In this document: positions 14,088 through 23,712 of the stretch, piece after piece
How positions within the stretch are numbered: position 1 is the first letter of the stretch
Layout of the letters: each line of letters begins with the position of its first letter
DNA from: Neoechinorhynchus agilis
Lineage: Eukaryota > Animalia > Acanthocephala
NCBI GenBank assembly: GCA_051530055.1
Contig: CM121342.1
Span: 1,522,797-1,586,796 of the forward strand
Length of the DNA: 64,000 bases
Reading direction: 5' to 3'
Program-made: the position numbers and the translations under genes
Notes under the pieces: model-generated
The model's input: only the letters and a program-made list of their open reading frames with translations
Database searches by the model: none
What the model was told of the DNA's origin: nothing

Positions 14088-14172
14088 TGTCGGCATGCTT
14101 CTGCTAACGCTCTGTTTTACTCTAAGTGTCAAACCACAATGTTCAAATACGTATCGCTGACGTTCTACCACA
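14088..14172 (-). repeat. 3' LTR (85 bp) of the chimeric element
   Basis: TGTGGTAGAACG...GCATGCCGACA, immediately after the polypurine tract. Confidence 0.75.
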
Positions 14173-14418
14173 TCTCCTTCTCCTCTGCGACCCAAGTACT
14201 CGTCATAATGTCTGATGGTTTGTCTTCGTATTCGTGTCCCGCGTCTCAATTCCGTTGGTTTCGGTTCGTTTTGTTCCCCGCCTATGATCCTTGGTTCTTC
14301 TTTGACCCTAGATTCATCGATTGCTCGAGTCTTGTCGCACTTATCTGGTTCTTGCTTCTCCTTGCTGATTGAGATTTCTCGTTTTCGGATATAGTCACCA
14401 TGACGTCGTGGTCTCCGG

Positions 14419-15285
14419 TTAGTATAAAAGCGTTTTATTTATGGGAAAATACAGGATCCACATGCTGAAGGTGTCTAGATGACGGATGTTGAAGGCAAGG
14501 GAGGTGGGACTTATTTTTGAAGGGGTGCTAATGTGCGATCGGAGGCTTTGTACAGGATATGGCCGATTAGGAGTCTTTCCTTGTTCTCCGGATATTAAGG
14601 AAAGATTGGGCTTGGGGGAAGAAAGATTTTTGGTAGAGGGTGGTACGAGCGAGGAAAGATGAAAAAGGTTCGGGTTACGGGTGTTTACGAAGGAAGAGTA
14701 TTTAGAGATGAATGAAGAAAATTGTGGAGGGGGGTTGAAGAAGACGGAGGGCGTTTTTGGAGAAAATGGAGTGGAGGTGGGCGTCGAGGGGAGGGAGTGA
14801 AGTCCCGCATATTCTAGCTGCTCTCTTACATGCTCGGTTACTCTTTGGCGAAGTGGCCTTTCTGTTTTGCCCACATACTTGACCAAGTGGCCACGGTCAA
14901 TCCGACACCGTTCACACCGGATCTCGTAAACCACACTGCTCTGATCGCACATCTTCCAGTCACGATCAACTGCTTGCTGACGCTCCTCGTCCATCCTCGC
15001 ACCTGCTGCGTATCTGCACATTAGGCACGACCGAGGGTATTCCTGATGATCCTCATGATGCCTCGTTCTCGTCAGCATCCTCCGCAGCGTTCTACACCCT
15101 CTGTGCACGATACGCCCATTCAATCCCGCTTGCCTGAGCAGTACTTTGACTCTCTTCGTGAACATTTCACTCACGTACGGAATTCGTAGGATCGGCCTAT
15201 CGTCCTTTCGTACACTCATGGGTCCAACGTTCCGTCTAATTCTATTTTCCACTTCTCGCTGGAACCCCTCGATCTCCTCTGTCGA
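14419..15285 (-). pseudogene. Penelope-like linker + N-terminal half of GIY-YIG endonuclease, then a Pro/Ser-rich tail
   Basis: LRIPYVSE linker, CxxC, and VVYEIRCERC...YVGKTERPLRQRVTEH. In frame with the 962-aa ORF across a single TAA at 15286-15288 (NG*ST where NGY is typical). The C-terminal Glu/Asn part of GIY-YIG was not found. Confidence 0.85.
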
Positions 15286-18174
15286 TTATCCGTTGTCCGC
15301 GAAGATCTTGTTTACTGCTTCCACCGCTCCACGCTTCGCTTCCAACGACGATGAGCAGGTGGTTGCCGATTTATGCATACCAGCGTATATCGCCGCTTTC
15401 ATCGCCCAAAGATGGTGAGAATCTCGGTGCATCACAATCGACTTCCTGCATGGCTTTCGATACCAATTAAAGTTGGATACATCGTCGGATTTGAAGCGGA
15501 GATTGAGGAATGGCAGGTAGTCCGAAGGTTGGTCTCTCGTAACCCGAATCCTGCTATTCGAGTCCATTGAATTTAATAGTGACTCAATGGTATCGACCTC
15601 ATCATCCTCGGTGAAGGTCAGCAACACATGGTCAAAATCAACATCCACCACTGTATTTGGAAGCATGGCGACGTGAGCACGGGCTCTTGAAATGATCGCC
15701 GTCTTAAGTTGAGCCTCACTTGAAATACCGTGGCAAGCACTGATCATGCCCATCATCAATGGATCATTGACATAAGTCAAATAGCGTTCCAGTCTCAGTA
15801 CTGTACCAGACGTCCTGACCAGTAAATCGTCTGGAACATCCTTCTGCCGCTTCACAACTATGTAGTCTTCTGTTTTGATCGGCCGTAATGCTGATATCAT
15901 TGCAAATACATTCGGGGTCGCAATTGCGGACGTCTTCCAGAGTGTATTGAATGATTCGGAAACTAATGCGTGTTCATTTTCTGTCACCTCATTGACGTAG
16001 GCCGATATGGCTAGTGATTCCACTATCCGAGCCGCTGATATATTGACCGAACTTTGATATTGGCCATGCGGGGATAGGTATGGCAGGAGATTTGGCACTC
16101 CGGGAAGATACTTCAAAGTCACGAATGACGAGCCGTATCTCTCGATGACGTGCAGGTCTCTTTGTGTAGATTCGAGACGCTGAGTTATAGATTGGGTGGC
16201 CTTCTTGCTAACTTTTGCCGCTTGGATGTTCATTTCTGTTTTCTGAAGCATTCTTCTAAACATGCTTCTACCTCTACCTCTTGATGGACCGGTGTATGGG
16301 GGTGGACCTGATAGATTCCGATATTCATCCGATTCCATGAATCTCGCATTTCTCATCCCTCGATAAGCGTCGAGTCGTCGCTGTCTTGTCCTCTCGTAGC
16401 CTGGGTGATGATAATCGTTTGGATATTCCATCGCATAGCTCGAGTAGTAGAACTGTAAATGTGTGTTAGCACAATATGTGCTTGATTTGATGCTCTCTGC
16501 AGAAGTTTTGGAATCAGAGGCGATCGAATGTGGCACTCCAAATCGTGCAAACCACTCCTTGAGTTTCACTATAACGCTCCTGGTCGTCGTTTCTTTTTCC
16601 ATCTTCCACGCCTCTGGCCACTTTGTGCAAGCATTGACACACACTGAAGCACGCCCCGATCCGCGTCCCGCACGCTGTCGTGTGCGCGTTCTGCTGCCAC
16701 GCCTGCTCGGGAGAGTTGATCCCCGAGAAGCGCTCCTCGAAGCTGCAATTCTGGGTGATCTCCGCCGTGCCACCTCCAGGGGTGGGGGCTCCTCCGCAGC
16801 AGCGGTCTGCGATTCCTGGGGGACGGTCTCGACCGCGGAAGAAGCCCCAGGCTGAAAACCCGCTGGCTCCCCCGCTTGTGTCACTGCGCCTAGAAGATCC
16901 TCACCTGCCTTCTGCAGTTCAGGTGTCAGGAGGCCCAACTCAGCCAAGCGCTTATCCATATTCACTAGCCGCAATTTGAGCGCGTCCACGAGGCCGCCCA
17001 TGCCTGCAGTCAACTTTTCCATCTCCTCAGGGGATAGCACACTGGCCTTCATGGTGAGGCTAGATATCAACGCTTCTCTGGAAAGCGCCTCCAGTGCTTC
17101 TCGCTCCTCCTGTGGAACTGTTTTAATCGCTATCTCCGCCATCATGTTTTCGGCCTTTAGTGCCGCACGTCTTGCATTCCTGGGATATTCCGCTATAGAG
17201 CCCGGGTTGTGGTTGAGCAACCACGTGAGAATGGAGCGCCCGCCAGAGAGCGTGTCCACGCATTCCTGCTGATTCGGTGCCCTGGCCACCGTCCATTTTG
17301 CGCATTTCTTCTTGTTCTCCTTCCCCCAACAATGCCAATCCGTGAAGTCTAATGCCGGACAATGCTCCAGTGCCATTGCAGCACCCTCAAGCGCTCGCAC
17401 TGCCTGCTCGTTCAGTCGTGTCTGATGTGCATTTGGGTCATTCCACCTGACGTTCCTAAGACAATTAGCCATGAGGCGGGCTGCCGCGGGTCGCTGATCA
17501 TAAGGCACCGGTTTGAGCAATTTCGTCCAATTCGAACCATGAAAATGCTCCATTATAGCTACCTCCGCTGAGGTCTTGGCTGAATCCACGAAGGCCGTGG
17601 TTCCCCTGGCGCGCATTGCGTCGCGGAACATGATCACACAGGACTTGTCTATTCCGGGGCAGTCCTCAAGCTTGTCCAGCTGCACCCGCGAGAACAGGGA
17701 CAAGTTTTCCATAGCCTCACTTGAACGCCCGATATCTTGCATTCCGCCCGGTGCCACCACTTGCTTGGGGGGGGACTCGAATAGAACGGACGAGTCGTCC
17801 GGATCATCGAGGGCCTCGTACTCGTCAGTGAGTTCTGAGAGCAGTTCCTTTTCCCACCTACTCTGTGGGGTTTGCCCCTCTTTCGATTCATGAGTGACCG
17901 CCTGTTCACTCAGAAATCCACTCCTCCATGCTAGGCTCGTCGCGTCGTTGCTCCCGTCCAGAACTGGAACCCTGCCCAGGTCGCGGCCGCTTGCTGGGAG
18001 GGTCCACATCACTCGCAGACCTGGGAAGCCCCTTCTTGCCAGCTGCCGGTGGAGGGCCGGGTGGACTGTTCCCCTCATCTCTTCCGTCGCCCGGCCTGGC
18101 AACGAAGAAGTCATCTGGGGGGCCACGGTATTCCCAATCATCGGGATTGACATCCCGGCCAAGGACCTCATCAC
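15286..18174 (-). CDS. 962-codon chimeric ORF: unknown helical domain, R/S-rich linker, Gypsy integrase fragment, degenerate Penelope-like RT and thumb
   Basis: Integrase-like NACTKWPEAW...TTRSVIVKLKEWFARFGVPHSIASD. PLE-like LLNSMDSNSRIRVTRDQPSDYLPFLNL and WYRKPCRKSIVMHRDSHH...KIFADNG. The true start is probably upstream via a frameshift near 17910. Confidence 0.75.
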   Translation of the reverse strand: MMRSLAGMSIPMIGNTVAPQMTSSLPGRATEEMRGTVHPALHRQLARRGFPGLRVMWTLPASGRDLGRVPVLDGSNDATSLAWRSGFLSEQAVTHESKEGQTPQSRWEKELLSELTDEYEALDDPDDSSVLFESPPKQVVAPGGMQDIGRSSEAMENLSLFSRVQLDKLEDCPGIDKSCVIMFRDAMRARGTTAFVDSAKTSAEVAIMEHFHGSNWTKLLKPVPYDQRPAAARLMANCLRNVRWNDPNAHQTRLNEQAVRALEGAAMALEHCPALDFTDWHCWGKENKKKCAKWTVARAPNQQECVDTLSGGRSILTWLLNHNPGSIAEYPRNARRAALKAENMMAEIAIKTVPQEEREALEALSREALISSLTMKASVLSPEEMEKLTAGMGGLVDALKLRLVNMDKRLAELGLLTPELQKAGEDLLGAVTQAGEPAGFQPGASSAVETVPQESQTAAAEEPPPLEVARRRSPRIAASRSASRGSTLPSRRGSRTRTRQRAGRGSGRASVCVNACTKWPEAWKMEKETTTRSVIVKLKEWFARFGVPHSIASDSKTSAESIKSSTYCANTHLQFYYSSYAMEYPNDYHHPGYERTRQRRLDAYRGMRNARFMESDEYRNLSGPPPYTGPSRGRGRSMFRRMLQKTEMNIQAAKVSKKATQSITQRLESTQRDLHVIERYGSSFVTLKYLPGVPNLLPYLSPHGQYQSSVNISAARIVESLAISAYVNEVTENEHALVSESFNTLWKTSAIATPNVFAMISALRPIKTEDYIVVKRQKDVPDDLLVRTSGTVLRLERYLTYVNDPLMMGMISACHGISSEAQLKTAIISRARAHVAMLPNTVVDVDFDHVLLTFTEDDEVDTIESLLNSMDSNSRIRVTRDQPSDYLPFLNLRFKSDDVSNFNWYRKPCRKSIVMHRDSHHLWAMKAAIYAGMHKSATTCSSSLEAKRGAVEAVNKIFADNG

Positions 18175-19162
18175 CCACCGTGACCCACTTTTCTCCAGAA
18201 CCTAACCTCTTGAAGTACTTTAATAATGTCGAGAGGAGTCCTAAGTTTGGTAGTTTTACCATCAATCTGTCGGCGTACCCATGGTCAACGAAAGTATTGG
18301 GCAGATAGGGCACGAAGTGTTACCAATACGAACGGAATCTCGCATGTACCACTGGCCGGAGTTGAGTCTCACCGGTCACCCCGTTCGTGCGCCTGAACTT
18401 CACCTCCTGGCCAATAGCCTGAGCTACGAGAGAAGCTAGTTGGGGGCTCCCTTGACCCAGTGAGGTTGCTGGCACCCAGCGCCGTTCAAATTTGTCCGGC
18501 TCTGGCACGTTCACCCCTGCGAATATCAAATATGCCGACGAGTATTGCGGCACAGCAAAGCCTACCATGGCCGAGAGATGCCATGGGAGATAAGCGTTCC
18601 AATTGCCGCAGTCCACCGCCTGCTGGGCCACTGTCCGCAACGAGCGCAGGAGATGGAGTCCGGGTAGAGCATTTTCCCAGCCAGCGCGCTTACAAAGTTC
18701 AGAGGCCACTCGCGGGACAACGTTCCCCTGAGAACAATTGTAGTCTCTTAGTAAGAGTGGGTTCAAGAACCTCTCGCCCATCCCAAGCGTGATGTGAAGG
18801 TACCCGCTGCACTGCTGCCTCCCCATAAGCCGAAGAGACGAGAATGTGCCGAAGCACCGCTTCTCTAAACAATGCCGACGAGTCTGGAGTCGAGGTACTC
18901 TCCCCTAGTTCAATTCCCTCCATGAGGGGGCCTAAACCTAGCGCCCGCAGGTCTGAGGGTGGCAGGCGCTGCACATAGTCGTTTACACCTCGGTAAAACG
19001 GCTTCCCCTCAATTCGTATAGCATCAAAGAACACAGTTCGCACTATATTATCAAAAAGGTCGAACCAACCGTAGAAGTGACATAATCTGGAGTAAATATC
19101 CCAGAGTACTGCCGAAGGGAGTTGCAGGTCCTCGACGTCCTGATCCACGTCGAGGTTCCGGT
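17906..19162 (-). pseudogene. Upstream coding segment of the chimeric element (three ORF pieces, unknown protein)
   Basis: ORFs 18699-19205, 18320-18826 and 17906-18313 tile the region. The last two are in frame across one TAA (SYW*HFVPYL). Confidence 0.55.
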
Positions 19163-19277
19163 TGTAGGCATGCCTCTGCTCACTCTGTTTTATTCTAAGT
19201 GTCAAACCACCATGTTCAAACGTTCATGCACTTCACACTATCGATCGTACTATGCGTATCGCTAACGTCCTATCACA
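19163..19277 (-). repeat. 5' LTR (115 bp) of the chimeric element
   Basis: TGTGATAGGACG...AGAATAAAACAG...GCATGCCTACA; contains AATAAA. Confidence 0.75.
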
Positions 19278-19699
19278 GTGCCTATTGAATACTAGCTGCC
19301 AATCGCTACAGAATCAGACTTCTCGCCACCGTCCGCTAAGCGTTCACCAGTACACGAGGCATTTGACTAAAATCTAATTCATTTAATTTTTACAAATTTA
19401 AGTTTTTTCTCAATCCAAATTTATTATAAAAATCATTTACTTAAAAACCATCTTCCAGGCAATTTCCGAGAATTCTTTATCGTTCCAGTTTTTTCAAGGA
19501 TCAAGTCTTTTTCTGCGATGTTCGAATATGTGATGTATGCATCTCAGGAATCCGAAAGAGGTCGTAGCCACATTTTCTTTTCCATTTCCAATTTTTTCAC
19601 ATGAAAGCATATATCACTTGAATTCCCTACTTGATACTTTCGTTCATGCACTGATATCCATCATTATCATAACCAATTGATTAGTAATTCGGGATCTGT

Positions 19700-21100
19700 A
19701 AGATGAGCTCTTCTACTTAAATTGCAGATTTAAATATTTAGCCAGATACAATCACCACCGTCCGAAAAATTGGAGCTTCTTTTCTTCCTCGGATGTTGCT
19801 ATCACGCTAGCAGCATTGCCTCGTTGTACTGCAAGCGAAATATTTTGTCGCAGGAATACACCTGCTCGTGCGTCGCCGGTCGTTTCTCTCAATTTCTTCG
19901 AGAGATCCTGGAGCAGAGTGAGTGCCAAGCTGCCGAGCGCTCCATACGTCTCTACCCGGAAGGGGACAAAATAGTGGACCCTTGCTAAATCCCTATATTT
20001 TCGTACCTTCCTCCGTTCCGCTGCACCTCCAGAGATTTCGAGAGAGTAGGGAATGTTGCTTACTGCGAGGGTGTCCACACACGTGGCGTCCCAGAGAAGG
20101 TATTTGCACTCCCGTCAAGGAAAGACCGAAATTCCGTCAGGTTCTAGTCGACAAAGATGGGCGGGTTCCAAGATGTTGGGGAAGTTCGCCGTTCTCAAGA
20201 CGCGAGAAATTATACTATTGATCTCAGAATGGCATGCGAACCTTCCTCCTGACTTTCGGCAAACGAGACCATGTGGGACGTGCATATCGGGAGACCAAGT
20301 CTTAAGGACACTGCGATCCTCGTTACCTCATCATAGAGAAGAGTTTCCGCAGATGCCAGAAGAACAGCCTCCAATCAAGCCCCAATTCTCGTGTCAAAAC
20401 TGCAAACAATCTACCTCGGACGACCCCATCGCGAAAACCTGAAAGTAGAGAGCTGTGAGCTCTTGCGACAAGAGGTCCGTCCCAGATCGACTGTTTGGGG
20501 CCATTCACGGGAACATAGTTAGCGTCTGTCTGCTGGCACCATTCTTCAACTGCCACCACAAAGTCTTGGTCAAGACAAAACTTTTCCCTCAGAATTTTCT
20601 TCGCTATTGGTCGACTCCCCTCATACGATCCAAGAATGGCTGGCAGGGCAAGGTCTAATAGCGCCCGAATATCCAATCCCCCAAATGATATGGGAAATGA
20701 AGCTTATTGCCACGCCTCATCTGAGAGCTGGACATTTAAAATACGCTCGAGACAAGCCCTCACCTCGTCGTCGAGCAAAGTCAATCCTTCCTTATGTTTG
20801 AAGAATGTTGCTGTGCGGACCTTATATAACAATTTGGGGATATAGAGTGCGTTCTTTATCAGAAATAACGCCCCGTGAGCCGAGAGAGCGCTCACTCTAT
20901 CGCACAGCAACGAAAGTTTCGGTATGATACGGCCAATCTCAGCTTCCATACTTGAATCAAAGACGCAACTACCTAGGAGGCTGAGTTGCTCTGGAGTCAC
21001 GAGTTTCAAATCACGTCCATTCTTATACCTCCTTCCCTATCTCCACAGTTCCAAGTACGCTTGCGCCATTTTCTTTTTTGCATGGCAAGCGATATATATT
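19700..21100 (-). mobile_element. 5'-truncated, frameshifted CRE-clade non-LTR retrotransposon
   Basis: Post-RT segment LLGSCVFD...LFLIKNALYIPKLLY, EP..L..DGIS.FPW..G, DTLAVS, K.RKY, VETYG and ISLAVQRGNAASV. Confidence 0.9.
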
Positions 21101-21219
21101 GTAGGAGATAGCAGGGAGCTCTAACCGCTTACTTAGCTGACGCAAGTGCAATAAATTGGTTATCGATAGAGAATCGTCGGTAAAGATCGAAAGGGGTGTT
21201 GCTGAAAGCAATTAAGGAA

Positions 21220-22420
21220 GGGGACCCCATGAAATACGTAGGTGGTACTTCCTGGAAAGAGACCACTCTAGACGAAGGAATGCGTTATTAAGCACCCTCT
21301 TTGAAGCGACAAAACGGGTACAACTCTAACCGATTCATGCCGCCCACCTGCTGAACGAGTATGCAATGCCATCCCTGGTAGCAAGGCTCAAAGTCTCCTG
21401 GGACATATCGTCGACCAATCTTAGGCGTCTTGACGAGCAGTGGAGGTAAAAGCTGAAGAAACTTTTTATGCTGCCAAGCAATCTCAACGAAGGTACATTC
21501 ATTCTACCGCTTTCAAAAGGTGGACCAAGGTTTCGCTCTCTTGTATATGAAGCAGAAACTACGAGGCTCGGAGCCGTGAGAGCGGTCATTGACAAGTTGG
21601 CTGCGCCATTGACCTTCACAAAGAGATCGGCCAATTGATAGACCACTTCGGCAAAATAGGAGATCAACGTGAGCTGCATCAAATCTCTCCAAACGAAACT
21701 TTTATTGACCATCGCGTGAGAGCATGGAGAGGCAATAAAGCAATCGCAAGGGCTTGAATGCTTCACGGATGGTTGGGTGGATGGTAGTCTGATAACGTTT
21801 CGTAAACGTCAAGACCGCCACAATTTGTACGTGGAGCATGTTAAGTTAAGGTTGCAATTGCTGGAGGTCGGTTTGGTTTTTTTCTTGAATGGACCAGTTG
21901 GGCACTTGTAATATCCTGTGTTCACGTTCTTAAGGGATGTAATTATACTATTTCCGCAATTACCTGACGAGCTTTGTATGAACGTTAGGGAAGAGACCCG
22001 GAGTGCATTATAAGTGTAGGGAACAAAACCGATTTCATGATGAAAAAGGTAACGTGTTCAAACCCGACCTCATTTTGAGCGGCAAGAACTCAGCGAAGGT
22101 GTATAATTGCGGACGTTACAGTATACTACGAGACAAGCGAAGACCGTGTGGAAGCCGTGATGAAGAGTAAAGAGGACAAATACGCACCCATTGTGCCGGT
22201 AATTGCGAGAGAACTGAATGTACCTGAGCGTGAAGTCTCCACAATCGGTCTTGCCGTGGGCTCGCGTGACGCTTATAGCAACTCTTCACTTCGCTGCCTG
22301 AAGTTCCCCCCCAATTGGTCAGCGAACAGCGCTTAACATGGCTAGAACTGCTGCCAAGCAATCATTGATGGTTTTTTATTTATTTTCGGGCAGATGGTGG
22401 TGCCAGAGGCAACAGTTACG
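21220..22420 (+). mobile_element. Decayed R2/NeSL-like non-LTR retrotransposon (thumb + RLE), 3' part
   Basis: Across frameshifts: LPLSKGG (thumb), RHNLYVEHV, KPDLIL, ADVTVYYE, KEDKY and GLAVGSR. This RLE signature differs from the CRE type. Confidence 0.65.
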
Positions 22421-23712
22421 AAAACGTGGAAACTACATGGATTATACCCAGTACAGGAATAGCGAAAAACAAAGGGTTCTTAAAAACGGGCAACAGCAAA
22501 CGAATAAAGGACCAAACCATAAAGGGTTCTTCAAAATGGTGTACAACGAATTAAAAATAGAAGAGACTCAACTCTTAGAGAAATATCTTATAATAACAAC
22601 ATTGTAAACCGTTTAATAATAATACAGCTTTATTCATCATGTGGCAGTATGAGAAGAGGAACCAAAACAAGAAACTAATCAGTATCGTCCAACTAGACCA
22701 TCTCATAAGTCTACTGTTGCAGAAGATCCCCAATTCTCCGGCCCAGGAGAAAGACAGGGTATTAAGGTTATCACAGAACGTTTTGATGAATAAAGCCTTT
22801 TATTGCAGGGGCGACCTCGAGAAAAAAGACAAGGCCAGGAATGCTCCAGCTTTTGTAAATAGTTTGGCATTGATTAGCGTTTGACCCGAGAGTAACGGCG
22901 CGCTTCGTCTTTTTCGATGCTAAAGTGAGCTTTTTTTTCATTTTATTCAAATCTAATCTAGGCGAGAGATTAGCAGTAAAGGTGTGACCCAATATTCGTG
23001 AAACCTTCCAAGGTACAAGGGCTTTCTTCAGGCGAAGAGAGAAATCCTTCGTCGATCGGATGGAGCTGCGAGATTCTTACCGGAAACCGTATCTACGACA
23101 AGCAAGGTCACCTCCGAAAACCGGATCTTATACTAATAGATCGTGCGAAAAAAAGGCAAATATCATAGATTTTGCGGCGCACTTTGAGACGACAAAATAT
23201 CTTCCTGAGATGTCTGCTAAGTTCGCCAGGAAATATGGCGCCAACATATGGGAATTGAAGGAGAATAATGACAAACCTGGATCTGATCGTGCTATTAAGT
23301 TGGAAATCGCTCGTAAGTTTCCATGGGACCAGTCCAAGTCAGAAGAGATAGTGGAGATTCTACATAAAGTTATAAAAAAGTATTGAGGAGTACGATCCTA
23401 TTGAGAAGAGACTACGATCTAGTAAGAGGTTGGCAGATATATGAAAGGTTAAAAAAACAATCGGGTGGGTAGTCGGAAAGACTACGCGTGTTCAGTATAT
23501 CGGAATAGACCACGTTAACCACGACAATAACGGCAGCGAAGAAATCAATATAATTACACAACTACTTCATGGGGCAACTTGTTCTCTGCGATCGTCAAAA
23601 ACAAACTATATGCTGAAACAACAACCGAGGAATATCACTAACAAAACCAGATTGAAATAATAAAGAAATAAAAAAATAACTTTAATTTGCCGATTCTGTA
23701 GCGATTGGCACA

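Larger units (their letters stand above)
14088..19277 (-). mobile_element. LTR-bounded chimeric retroelement (Gypsy ends; Penelope-like RT/GIY-YIG cargo; unknown N-terminal domains)
   Basis: Direct repeats 19163-19277 and 14088-14172, both TGT...ACA on the minus strand, match at 74 of 83 aligned bases plus a 32-bp indel. A PPT (gcagaggagaaggaga) abuts the 3' LTR, preceded by the pol-end motif RRGTRIRRQTIRHYDEY. The interior is GC-richer than the flanks and nearly all coding on the minus strand. No TSD or canonical PBS seen. Confidence 0.8.

Noticed and set aside
15286-18322. Stop-codon reassignment or selenocysteine recoding to explain the in-frame stops
   Set aside because: The stops are TAA, not TGA. 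Host genes here end normally in TAA (G-gamma, ZC2HC1-like, Ric-8), and frameshifts also occur, so simple decay or sequence error is more likely.
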